A DNA stretch of 64,000 nt from an uncultured virus (IMG/VR IMGVR_UViG_3300042507_001994). Taxonomy: Duplodnaviria; Heunggongvirae; Uroviricota; Caudoviricetes. The stretch lies in the IMG/VR virus record IMGVR_UViG_3300042507_001994. One strand, given 5' to 3'. The first letter of the stretch is position 1; each line of letters starts with the position of its first letter. This document shows, in pieces, positions 27,383 through 35,456 of the stretch. A program made the translations under genes and the position numbers. The notes under the pieces are model-generated. The model saw nothing but the letters and a program-made list of their open reading frames with translations. It made no database searches and was not told where the DNA came from.

Positions 27383-29074
27383 TCAGAACGCGTCTAGGTT
27401 CTCGGTGTACGTCCCTGCCGTACGGTTGAAGAGGAGGGTCGTTTCTCCCTGTGTCCCGACCCACCGATACCGGCATTTCCAAACAGCTATCTCGACGTAT
27501 TTGTCCTGCCGGTGGACCGTCAAGCCGCAGTCTGCCTTGGCCCACCATGCCATTGACCCGCTGATGCTCATGCCATCTGGCCGGGGTTGATCTGTCCCTG
27601 ACCGCGTCATCTTCGATGGGTGAGCGACAAACCATGTGTGAACGTCCTGCGCCTTGCAAAACCTTTGGACCCTGGTCAGCATCTGACTGATAGCGTCAGT
27701 TTCTGTCGTGTCCTTACGGTCCAGGTCAATGTAGTTGTACGGGTCTATGACCATTCCCCGCACACCCATGCGCTTGACTGCTGCCCGGGCTCTGGTCAGG
27801 ATGCTATCCAGAGTGTTGGGCTCTTCCCCCGCTGAGTCGATGAAGAGGAAGTGTTCCTTGACCCATGTAAACGCATCCTCCTTCTCCTTCTCAGTCATCC
27901 GATCCCGACCCTCGAAGAATCTCTTCCTCGTATAGATCTCCATCAGGCGACTGATATGGATCTCCGGGCTGTTCTCAAACGACGCAACAGCGAACTTCCA
28001 ATCACTGTCCCTTGCGAGGTTGACCATCAACTGATCAACGAAATTGGACTTGCCAGAAGATGGGTAGCCGGTGACCACGGTCAACTGCCCCGGCGCTACC
28101 GTGTAAATGGTGTCTAGAGACGAGTACCCGGTTGTGAACCCCGACCCCTGACCCTTGGTGTATAGGTCGTTTACACGTTCCTCGAAGGTGCCGGCATCCG
28201 ACAGGCCAGCGATGGGGTACGGCTCCGCAGCCTGGACGATCCGCTGCACCTCCTCCTTCCCATTCCGAGATGGGTCATTGAGGATCTCGTTGAAGTCCTT
28301 TGCATCGAACTTCGCAAGCCGGCACTTGTCCTTGCCGATCCTTCGCGCAAGCTCTTCAGCCAACGCTTGACCCGGAGGATCCTGATCCGTTGCCAAGACG
28401 ACGTAAGGAACAGCATCCAGAAGTTCGCGTGCGTTCCATACAAATGCGAACTTTTTGTCCTCGGAAGGCATGACCTTCCCGTCCGCAACCTTCAAAGGCG
28501 CACCTCCCGGGACGCTGACGACGTTCTCTATCCCCGCTTCTTTTGCAGAGAGAACATCAATCTCTCCCTCAACGATAACCAGAGGCTTTGTCTTGTCTGT
28601 CCACTGCATTCCGAAGAAGTCATGTGCCCCTCCTGAATCTTGTGTAAATGCCTTGTCTGGTACGGCACGGTACTTCGCCGCGACTATCGTGCCATCTCTG
28701 AAGTATGGAAAGCCGATGGCATCTTCTTCCCTGTCCAGTTTGTTGAAGTACTTCCGAGAGGAGAACAGCTTGGCCTCGTCTGCCGTGAGCCTTGATATGC
28801 CTCTTCCTTCAAGCCACTGGTAATGCTGTTCTGTAAGCGTTGTGTCCTCGATCTTGGGGACTGCTTGCACGTATCTCTCCTTCCTGTGTTCTCTGTTATC
28901 CCTCGAAGGGATGATTCCGTTTACACCGCAGTGATGGCAAAAGTAGAGCACTGACCCGTCTTCTTTACGGGTCAGGGTCATGTCTTTGCTTCTTGTCTTT
29001 TTCCTGTCCCCGGTGCATTCGGGACAGACTACGCGGGCGTTGTCTTGAAAATGAATCCCATCAAGGGCTATCAC
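27383..29074 (-). CDS. T7 gp4/Twinkle-like primase-helicase
   Basis: CPEC...CHHC Zn finger, TOPRIM EGEID and DQD, Walker A GYPSSGKS, VIDPY, VAHP. Confidence 0.92.
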   Translation of the reverse strand: MIALDGIHFQDNARVVCPECTGDRKKTRSKDMTLTRKEDGSVLYFCHHCGVNGIIPSRDNREHRKERYVQAVPKIEDTTLTEQHYQWLEGRGISRLTADEAKLFSSRKYFNKLDREEDAIGFPYFRDGTIVAAKYRAVPDKAFTQDSGGAHDFFGMQWTDKTKPLVIVEGEIDVLSAKEAGIENVVSVPGGAPLKVADGKVMPSEDKKFAFVWNARELLDAVPYVVLATDQDPPGQALAEELARRIGKDKCRLAKFDAKDFNEILNDPSRNGKEEVQRIVQAAEPYPIAGLSDAGTFEERVNDLYTKGQGSGFTTGYSSLDTIYTVAPGQLTVVTGYPSSGKSNFVDQLMVNLARDSDWKFAVASFENSPEIHISRLMEIYTRKRFFEGRDRMTEKEKEDAFTWVKEHFLFIDSAGEEPNTLDSILTRARAAVKRMGVRGMVIDPYNYIDLDRKDTTETDAISQMLTRVQRFCKAQDVHTWFVAHPSKMTRSGTDQPRPDGMSISGSMAWWAKADCGLTVHRQDKYVEIAVWKCRYRWVGTQGETTLLFNRTAGTYTENLDAF

Positions 29075-29316
29075 TTCATTGACCCGTCCTTCCTCCTTGG
29101 GAAGCTACGGTTCTTGGACGGAGTCTGCAGCTTGTACCCGTCCTTGTTTGAACCGCCCTTGGACAGCGCAACGGTGTGAGCTACGTCTTGCCCTTGCCTG
29201 TTCACTTCCTTCGCGTCCAGAGCCCTTCTGGCCCTTTGGCGCTCCATCCGAGAGGGGTGTTCGTCCCTCTGCTTCTGGGTCTTGTACTCCTGCTTGTAGT
29301 CTCTTTTGGTCATCAT
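29071..29316 (-). CDS. Small HNH-like protein
   Basis: DVAHTVALSKGGSN...SKNRS. Confidence 0.55.
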   Translation of the reverse strand: MMTKRDYKQEYKTQKQRDEHPSRMERQRARRALDAKEVNRQGQDVAHTVALSKGGSNKDGYKLQTPSKNRSFPRRKDGSMK

Positions 29317-29325
29317 TCTGCCCCT

Positions 29326-29787
29326 TTACAAGCTCTTGAGACGACGTACTGCCCTTGCTTGACAGGCGTACCCGCGCCAAATCCGGCGGGAACAAACGCT
29401 GTGGAGAACTCCGTCATTGAATATCACGAAGTCCCCCTCTCGCATCGGGCGGAATTCTTTCCCAACCTGAAGAAAGAGGTCTTGAAACTTGGCAATTTCT
29501 ACCAACCAAAACATTCCGGCATGCCGTATCGGCCTGAGTTTTCCTAGCCATTCATCTACGTGCGGCTCAACACATTTCATTCGGAGGGCTACGCCTGTTT
29601 GCCTGTCTAGCTCCCATGGAATTCTGCATGGGACTTCGCCAAAACTTTCTGGTACTACGGCTGTAAACGAGTCATCCGCATATTCCTTAAGCATTCTCTT
29701 TTGGAATGCCGAAGGTTTTTGGTTGCCATGGTAATAAATCACGGCAACCTCACTGCATGGTTTCAGGGGTACGGTGGCTATCTGCAT
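29326..29787 (-). CDS. Possible 2OG-Fe(II) oxygenase / cupin-fold protein
   Basis: PHVD ... GDFVIFNDGVLHSV gives an HxD...H triad. Confidence 0.45.
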   Translation of the reverse strand: MQIATVPLKPCSEVAVIYYHGNQKPSAFQKRMLKEYADDSFTAVVPESFGEVPCRIPWELDRQTGVALRMKCVEPHVDEWLGKLRPIRHAGMFWLVEIAKFQDLFLQVGKEFRPMREGDFVIFNDGVLHSVCSRRIWRGYACQARAVRRLKSL

Positions 29788-30016
29788 TCAGGTCATCCCC
29801 AAGCATCTTGACGGCCTCCACCAAGGTGACCAAGACCCCGAGGGCCTCCATGTTGAAACTCGCCATGTTGATCTTTATGGCATCTTTCGTCTCATCCACG
29901 TAGATGACGATGGCCGCAACCCCTGAGCCATTCCTGATGCCACGGGTCAGTGCCTCGATTTCATCAAGGCCGGCGAGGATGGGCTTGTCTTCTTTCTGCA
30001 CGGCTTCTCTATTCAC
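29750..30016 (-). CDS. Hypothetical protein
   Basis: 88-aa ORF overlapping both neighbours. Confidence 0.5.
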   Translation of the reverse strand: MNREAVQKEDKPILAGLDEIEALTRGIRNGSGVAAIVIYVDETKDAIKINMASFNMEALGVLVTLVEAVKMLGDDLNADSHRTPETMQ

Positions 30017-30336
30017 TTGGATCTCCAGACGGGCTGTGCCCGCGCATGACTCCTGACTGAACGGCTGCTTCTGTACTCGCCCGTCTTCTCAATGAGCTTG
30101 AGCTTGGACATATGTAAACAGACCGCTCCCCATGCGTTCGGAGAGGGGGGCTCAGGAAAGCCGTTACGCTCCGCCCGGATCCGCACCTCTTCAAACAGGG
30201 CACCTTTGTACCCTATGTCTTTGAGGTATGCAAGTGCTATCTTGACAGCATCGCTATGCCAATCACCGCCTGCGCTGTCCAAGGCTCTCTTGGCGCCGTC
30301 GTCACGAAGTTGCTGGCCGTCCATGCGTTCTCCCAT
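30013..30336 (-). CDS. Hypothetical protein (possible winged helix)
   Basis: PPSPNAWGA...SVRSHAR...VW pattern. Confidence 0.55.
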   Translation of the reverse strand: MGERMDGQQLRDDGAKRALDSAGGDWHSDAVKIALAYLKDIGYKGALFEEVRIRAERNGFPEPPSPNAWGAVCLHMSKLKLIEKTGEYRSSRSVRSHARAQPVWRSK

Positions 30337-30785
30337 AGGTCTGCCAAAGCCAGGGGTTGGGTGATCCCCCCTGTCTTGCTCTGCCCTCAAGGAAGGAATC
30401 CTGAGAACAGCTTGTCATCCTCCGTGATGCCTGTCATCCTCTGTATCGGATGCTGACCGATTGAGAAGGTGGGTAAGTCCTTCCGGCTGGTCCCTGCCGC
30501 CCCGCACATCACCCTGTACGCATCATTCGCTTCCTGTGCTGGAGGGCACATGAAGCCCGGTCCCCTGGATCACCGGCGTTGACAGGCCCGCCCACATGCT
30601 CTGAGCGGTGAGGTGTTTCCCGGGTGCGGTCCATGCAGACCCATTTGCTAACGCGCCCTGACGACCATCTGCACTGAAAACCCCCGGCACCTGGGGTCAG
30701 AGGCTCAGTCTGATTGCCCAAGGGTGAGAGCCCCGGGGGTCATCAGTGAAGACGGCATGAACATCCTAAGACAAGTTCAAAGGCT

Positions 30786-30813
30786 TTGCAAGGGTCAACC
30801 TCTGTGTTATCCT
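30786..30813 (+). promoter_or_regulatory. Sigma70-like promoter for candidate sRNA
   Basis: TTGCAA-16 bp-TATCCT with an extended -10 TG. Confidence 0.5.
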
Positions 30814-31265
30814 TGTCTCCGCTCTGTTGCTGGAGCGATCTCCCTCCTGTGGCGCTTCGGCGCCTTGGCCCCGGTTGACCTCCGTCCCGGGGCCTTTTTT
30901 TGTCCCGGCATCTCCCGGACGGTGATGACACATCGAGGGCACTCCTTGTCTTGATGCCAGTAGATGTGCTTCTCCTTGACCTGTCTGTCGTTTACATAGA
31001 GCCTTCCCTGGAGCAGATCCAAGATGAGGCTCTCGTCCAAGTCTGGCCGTCGGGAGGCGTACCAGATATGGATCTCCGCAGAGACATCCTTGTCCGTGGG
31101 GTTCTCCGCCGGGGCGCATTGCTGTTGAAACATCTCTGAGTAGGTTAGGGCCTTCTGGCTCTTGATCAGCCGAGACATCCCGCCGAACCGGACGACCCTC
31201 CTGCTGTTGGCCTTGCTCGCAGGCTCACCAAAAATTTCTCTGGTTTCGCAGAAAAGTGCTTGCAC
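30807..31265 (-). CDS. rusA: RusA-like Holliday junction resolvase (start uncertain)
   Basis: GEPASKANSRR...RRPDLD...ILDLLQG..YVNDRQV. Confidence 0.75.
   Translation of the reverse strand: MQALFCETREIFGEPASKANSRRVVRFGGMSRLIKSQKALTYSEMFQQQCAPAENPTDKDVSAEIHIWYASRRPDLDESLILDLLQGRLYVNDRQVKEKHIYWHQDKECPRCVITVREMPGQKKAPGRRSTGAKAPKRHRREIAPATERRQG
30820..30901 (+). ncRNA. Candidate ~80-nt sRNA with exposed anti-Shine-Dalgarno
   Basis: Hairpin, single-stranded ATCTCCCTCCTGT, cUUCGg hairpin, then terminator hairpin and T7. Confidence 0.55.
30867..30901 (+). terminator. Rho-independent terminator on the + strand
   Basis: GGCCCCGG-12 nt-CCGGGGCC-TTTTTTT. Confidence 0.75.
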
Positions 31266-31298
31266 ATCTTCGGCACTAGTGCTAGGATCTGTCTCATC
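31260..31298 (+). promoter_or_regulatory. Sigma70-like promoter with palindromic operator
   Basis: TTGCAC-17 bp-TAGGAT with GCACTAGTGC in the spacer; motif partly repeated at 35463-35488. Confidence 0.6.
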
Positions 31299-31318
31299 GT
31301 TCAACACAGGAGGTCTCC

Positions 31319-32194
31319 TTGATCATCACGAACAACCATGGCGCCCCGGCTACGCTGGTCGCCTTGGCCCGGAAGAACTACTACTCGAAGGGGGACTCGG
31401 ACTACTCCGTCACGGAGCTTCTGTCTCCCCCCAGGGTTCGACGGCTTCAGGAACGGCACGATGCCGCCCTGACAAAGGATGTCTCTGACATGCTCTGGGC
31501 CCTGCTCGGATCGGCACTCCATGTGGTAGCTGAGCGGGCCTCTGCCGAGGATCATGTCACAGAAGAGAGGATCGTCGCAGAGATCGACGGCGTCAAGGTC
31601 TCTGGCGGCATTGATCTCCAGGAGATGACCCCCGAGGGAGTGATCATCACCGACTACAAGTTCACCTCTGCCTACTCCGTGATGAACGAGAAGAAGGAGT
31701 GGGAAGAGCAGTTGAACCTGTACAAGTGGCTGGTGGAATCCGTCAAGCGGATTCCGGTCAAGGGCCTTCGGATCTGCGCCCTGATCCGGGACTTCTCTCG
31801 CCATGACCGGCGGGAAAACTACCCGGACGCTCCGATCCACATGGTGGACATCCCCATGTGGGACTCGGTGACCGCAGAGGCGTTTGTCCGCTCCCGTTTA
31901 CAGCTTCACACTGAAGCCAAGTTTGCAGATGCGATGGAGGAGCCCCTTCCTCCATGCTCTGCGGAAGAGCGTTGGTTTTCCGAGACGACCTACGCTGTGA
32001 AGAAGGAAGGCAGGAAGACTGCCGTCCGCGTGTTCAAGACCATCGAAGAGGCCCAAGAGTTGGCCGCAAAGGAGAAGGGATATGTCGAAACCCGAGCAGG
32101 AGAGCCCCGCCGCTGCACCGGAAACTTCTGTGGAGTCGCAGAGTTCTGCGAGCAGTACCAGTCAGAAGTCAGTCTACGACTTGCTGAAACTTGA
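31319..32194 (+). CDS. PD-(D/E)xK exonuclease (Cas4/RecB-like)
   Basis: GSALH, E...GGIDL...DYK, QLNLY, four C-terminal cysteines. Confidence 0.85.
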   Translation: MIITNNHGAPATLVALARKNYYSKGDSDYSVTELLSPPRVRRLQERHDAALTKDVSDMLWALLGSALHVVAERASAEDHVTEERIVAEIDGVKVSGGIDLQEMTPEGVIITDYKFTSAYSVMNEKKEWEEQLNLYKWLVESVKRIPVKGLRICALIRDFSRHDRRENYPDAPIHMVDIPMWDSVTAEAFVRSRLQLHTEAKFADAMEEPLPPCSAEERWFSETTYAVKKEGRKTAVRVFKTIEEAQELAAKEKGYVETRAGEPRRCTGNFCGVAEFCEQYQSEVSLRLAET

Positions 32195-32858
32195 TGTCAG
32201 CAAGTTCATCGAGAAGAAGCAAGGGCTCAGCTACGTCTCCTGGGCTCATGCCTGGGCGATTGCCCTGAACGCAGATCCATACGCGAACTTCCGCGTCCAT
32301 ACGTTCGGGCCCAACGGTGACGAGTGCTACATGCGTGTAAATGGAACCGCGATGGTATGGGTGGATGTCACCCTCTTCTCCAAGTCCGTCACCTGCTGGC
32401 TGCCGGTCATGGACCACCGCAACAAGCCTATCGCTGACCCGGATTCTTTCCAGGTCAACACGGCACTCATGCGGTGTTTGACGAAGGCGCTGGGGTTCCA
32501 CGGCCTGGGGCTGAACGTCTATGCCGGGGAAGATCTGCCTCTGTCCGTACCTGGAGAGGAAGAAGAGAAGCCCGCCAAAACGCCCGCAAAGGCTCAGAAG
32601 GACTCTCCCAAGGAGCCCGTGAAGGAGCCCGTGAAGGAGGAGGCGAAGAGCCCCGATGAAGATCCCCAACTGTCTGCAGAACTGTTTACAGAGGGGTTTG
32701 TGGAATACATGATCGTTGTGCAAAGCACGGACGGCCTGAACAGCTACTGGAAGTCCAACCAGACCAAGCTGGACAAGCTCAAGGCGAAGTACCCCGATCT
32801 GTATGAGCGATGCCTGTCCGTTGCCAAGGACAGGAAGCAGCAACTGAGCAAGGAGTGA
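32082..32858 (+). CDS. sak: Sak/Rad52-like single-strand annealing protein
   Basis: LSYVSWAHAW...LPVMDHRNK...RCLTKAL..HGLGL.VYAGEDLP. Confidence 0.85.
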   Translation: MSKPEQESPAAAPETSVESQSSASSTSQKSVYDLLKLDVSKFIEKKQGLSYVSWAHAWAIALNADPYANFRVHTFGPNGDECYMRVNGTAMVWVDVTLFSKSVTCWLPVMDHRNKPIADPDSFQVNTALMRCLTKALGFHGLGLNVYAGEDLPLSVPGEEEEKPAKTPAKAQKDSPKEPVKEPVKEEAKSPDEDPQLSAELFTEGFVEYMIVVQSTDGLNSYWKSNQTKLDKLKAKYPDLYERCLSVAKDRKQQLSKE

Positions 32859-32860
32859 TC

Positions 32861-33139
32861 ATGGCATTTGAACAACGTCCCGATTCCGGGCGGCTGATGG
32901 CCGCTCAGAGCAAGCGCAGCGAGAAAGCCCCGGACTACTGGGGTGAGATCGCCATCAACATCAAGGACTTGACCAACGCACAGGTCGAGAAGGGCTTTGT
33001 CACCTTCAAGCTCTCGGGCTGGAAGAAGCAGAGCAAGACTGGCGTCACCTACCTCTCGCTGGCGATTGATCGCCGTGTGAAGGATGAAGCGCCGAGCAAG
33101 CCGACCCGTCCTCAAGACGATAACGACGTTCCCTTCTAA
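32861..33139 (+). CDS. Putative single-stranded DNA-binding protein
   Basis: PDYWG...SGWKK...YLSL; acidic DDNDVPF tail; follows sak. Confidence 0.7.
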   Translation: MAFEQRPDSGRLMAAQSKRSEKAPDYWGEIAINIKDLTNAQVEKGFVTFKLSGWKKQSKTGVTYLSLAIDRRVKDEAPSKPTRPQDDNDVPF

Positions 33140-33148
33140 GGAGTTGAG

Positions 33149-33484
33149 ATGAGCAAGAGCAAAGAAGCTGAAGACCTGTTTCGCGCTGACCCCAAGGTTT
33201 CCGTAAAGGAAGTGGCAGAGAAGGTCGGGATCACCGTGGCACATTCCTACGCTGTGCGGCGCAGGGTGATCGGCCCGGTTTACGGAAAGAAGCGCCGGAA
33301 GGCTCGCGTTTCAACGGGCACAGTTCTGACCGTGGTGTCTCGCCCCGAGACGAGCCCCGAAGCAGAGAAGATGGAGAACTCCAACATCCTTCTGCATGCT
33401 CAACTGAACGAGGCACTGCGGGAGCTTGAGGACTGCCGTGCCGTGATTCGGTATCTGGAGAAGAAGATTGCCGATGCAGTTTGA
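33149..33484 (+). CDS. Putative HTH DNA-binding protein
   Basis: SVKEVAEKVGIT...; C-terminal coiled coil. Confidence 0.55.
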   Translation: MSKSKEAEDLFRADPKVSVKEVAEKVGITVAHSYAVRRRVIGPVYGKKRRKARVSTGTVLTVVSRPETSPEAEKMENSNILLHAQLNEALRELEDCRAVIRYLEKKIADAV

Positions 33485-33845
33485 GGCGCGGAAGGTCGCC
33501 CTCAAGCAGGACAGGACAGGGTTCGTACTGACCCTGTCCGTCCACCCCGACGAGTTCCCCTCAGAGCTTCTGAGGGACTTCGTCGGGGCAAGGTATGCCT
33601 GCGCGATGGTGCGGATCAACGAAGACGAAACGCCCGTCACCTACAAGAACCGGGTCCAGCAAGCAGCCATGCTTTGCAAGAACCCGTCGTTTCAACAGTT
33701 CCTTGGCACCGATGGAGAAGATGCCACTGCGAAAGCCCTGTGTTCCCGTCTGGGGATTGACTCCCGGACAGAACTCAATGGCAACTCCTTGGCTCAATCC
33801 CTCTTCGATGACCTTGTGGCGGAGTTTGAAAATGAAGCCTTCTAA
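33474..33845 (+). CDS. Conserved hypothetical protein
   Basis: FEARKVALKQ...LSVHPDE...GIDSRTEL. Confidence 0.6.
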   Translation: MQFEARKVALKQDRTGFVLTLSVHPDEFPSELLRDFVGARYACAMVRINEDETPVTYKNRVQQAAMLCKNPSFQQFLGTDGEDATAKALCSRLGIDSRTELNGNSLAQSLFDDLVAEFENEAF

Positions 33846-34209
33846 GCTACGCCCCTTCTTCGCCTATCTTACCGACGAGCAGTATGCATCGTTGAAACAG
33901 TTCAGCGGAGAGACGGGGTCATCCATGACTCAACTCATCAGGGAAAGTGTCGATGCGCGGCTGTCCAAAGGCGACCAGTATGTCGCCGGGTACAACCAAG
34001 CTATCAAGGATGCGATCCAGACAATCAACGGTAACAACCTGTCGAAGATGGCATTCCCCTCTGGGAAGACCTTTGGGGAAGTGATCATCGAGGACATCTC
34101 TGCACACATGAGGCACAACGATGGAACTGGAACAAGCGGAGCCGATGCGCAAGAGCGTCAAGCGAGTGAAGAGCAAGGGCTCTCTCCCAACCCCGGAGCA
34201 GCAACGTGA
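33832..34209 (+). CDS. Ribbon-helix-helix-like regulator
   Basis: FFAYLTDEQYASLKQFS.ETGSSMTQLIRESVD. Confidence 0.55.
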   Translation: MKPSKLRPFFAYLTDEQYASLKQFSGETGSSMTQLIRESVDARLSKGDQYVAGYNQAIKDAIQTINGNNLSKMAFPSGKTFGEVIIEDISAHMRHNDGTGTSGADAQERQASEEQGLSPNPGAAT

Positions 34210-34399
34210 AGCGCAGCGGCTCAAGGACGCGGCGATCCGAGCCTGGGCATCTGACCGAAAGGTCGGAACTCAACCCCCAACGTTCCCGGAACGTCGCTAA
34301 CTGGCCCTTCCCCATTTCCATCATCGATGGAGAGGTGGTGAGAAACGTTTACAGGTTCGACCGCAAGGCATTCCTTGCGGCTCAGCAGGAGGCTCTTCT

Positions 34400-34615
34400 A
34401 TGAATCCCATGCATCTCAACAAGCCGGCGGAGAGAGATCTTCAAGACGCCTATGTACTTGGGAAGATCATCTGTCTGCCCCATTACGTCGAGAAGGGGAA
34501 ATTTGTCTGGCCGGGGCACACCAAAGATGCCCCTCGGATCGTCTCAAGGACGGAACTGATCAACCGGGGAGCCAAGAAGGTTGACCTATATCTCTGGAAG
34601 AGGGCCTACGCATGA
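34400..34615 (+). CDS. Hypothetical protein
   Basis: AGGAGG RBS, ATGA overlaps. Confidence 0.55.
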   Translation: MNPMHLNKPAERDLQDAYVLGKIICLPHYVEKGKFVWPGHTKDAPRIVSRTELINRGAKKVDLYLWKRAYA

Positions 34616-34920
34616 TGACCTACCCCATCGTGGAACTGGAGGTGATCCGCTGGGCTGAGGCCCGGGGCATCATTCCCAATGCAACCACCAAGTCACAGCT
34701 TCTCAAGGCTATGTCTGAGTTCGGTGAACTTGCAGATGCTGAGGGCAAAGGAGACATGGAGGCCATCAAGGATGCCGTTGGGGATGTGATGGTCTGCTTG
34801 ATCAATTACTGCGCCCTCCACGACATCAACCTTGTTTCATGCCTGAACGGTGCGTTTGAACAGATCAAGCACCGCAAGGGCCGGCTGATGCCTGATGGCA
34901 CTTTCGTGAAGGAAGCGTGA
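34612..34920 (+). CDS. MazG-like nucleotide pyrophosphohydrolase
   Basis: SEFGELAD...DAVGD...IKHRKG...GTFVKE. Confidence 0.8.
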   Translation: MMTYPIVELEVIRWAEARGIIPNATTKSQLLKAMSEFGELADAEGKGDMEAIKDAVGDVMVCLINYCALHDINLVSCLNGAFEQIKHRKGRLMPDGTFVKEA

Positions 34921-34969
34921 TGAGGATGTTGATCCGGGCGCTCTTGGCTGGGTGCGTGGAGCAGAGAAC

Positions 34970-35239
34970 ATGAGCGGCGGCTTCTTTGGTTACGCTCAGT
35001 ACAAGATCGATCAGATCGCGGATCAGATCTCTGATGTGATCCAAAGAAACGATCAGACCCCCTTCCCGCACTCCCCAGCCACCATTCAAAGACTGACAGA
35101 AGCTGTCCGGGCTTTGGAGATCGCCTTCGTTTACGCGAATAGAACTGACTGGCTCCTCAGCAACGATGACTCAGAGGAAAGTTTCGAGAAGCGTCTTCAG
35201 CAAGACCTGATCGCCGTGGACGAAGATCTGAAGGACTGA
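34970..35239 (+). CDS. Hypothetical protein
   Basis: MSGGFFGY...DWLLSNDD pattern. Confidence 0.6.
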   Translation: MSGGFFGYAQYKIDQIADQISDVIQRNDQTPFPHSPATIQRLTEAVRALEIAFVYANRTDWLLSNDDSEESFEKRLQQDLIAVDEDLKD

Positions 35240-35240
35240 C

Positions 35241-35456
35241 ATGGACAAGCTCTACGTCATTTCTTTTGATTCCGTTGGAAACGTCATTGACACCAAACGG
35301 GTCGCTGTAAACGCCAAATCCCCAGACCGGGCATTGGATGCGTTCTGGTGCTGGGCGCGGCTTCAACCCTGGTATATGCACACCTGGGATTTGAAGATCC
35401 ATTTGGAAGAGATCCGCCAGATCGATTCCCCAGTGGGGCCAGTCAAACTGAACTAA
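35241..35456 (+). CDS. Hypothetical protein
   Basis: AAGGA RBS, 71 aa. Confidence 0.5.
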   Translation: MDKLYVISFDSVGNVIDTKRVAVNAKSPDRALDAFWCWARLQPWYMHTWDLKIHLEEIRQIDSPVGPVKLN

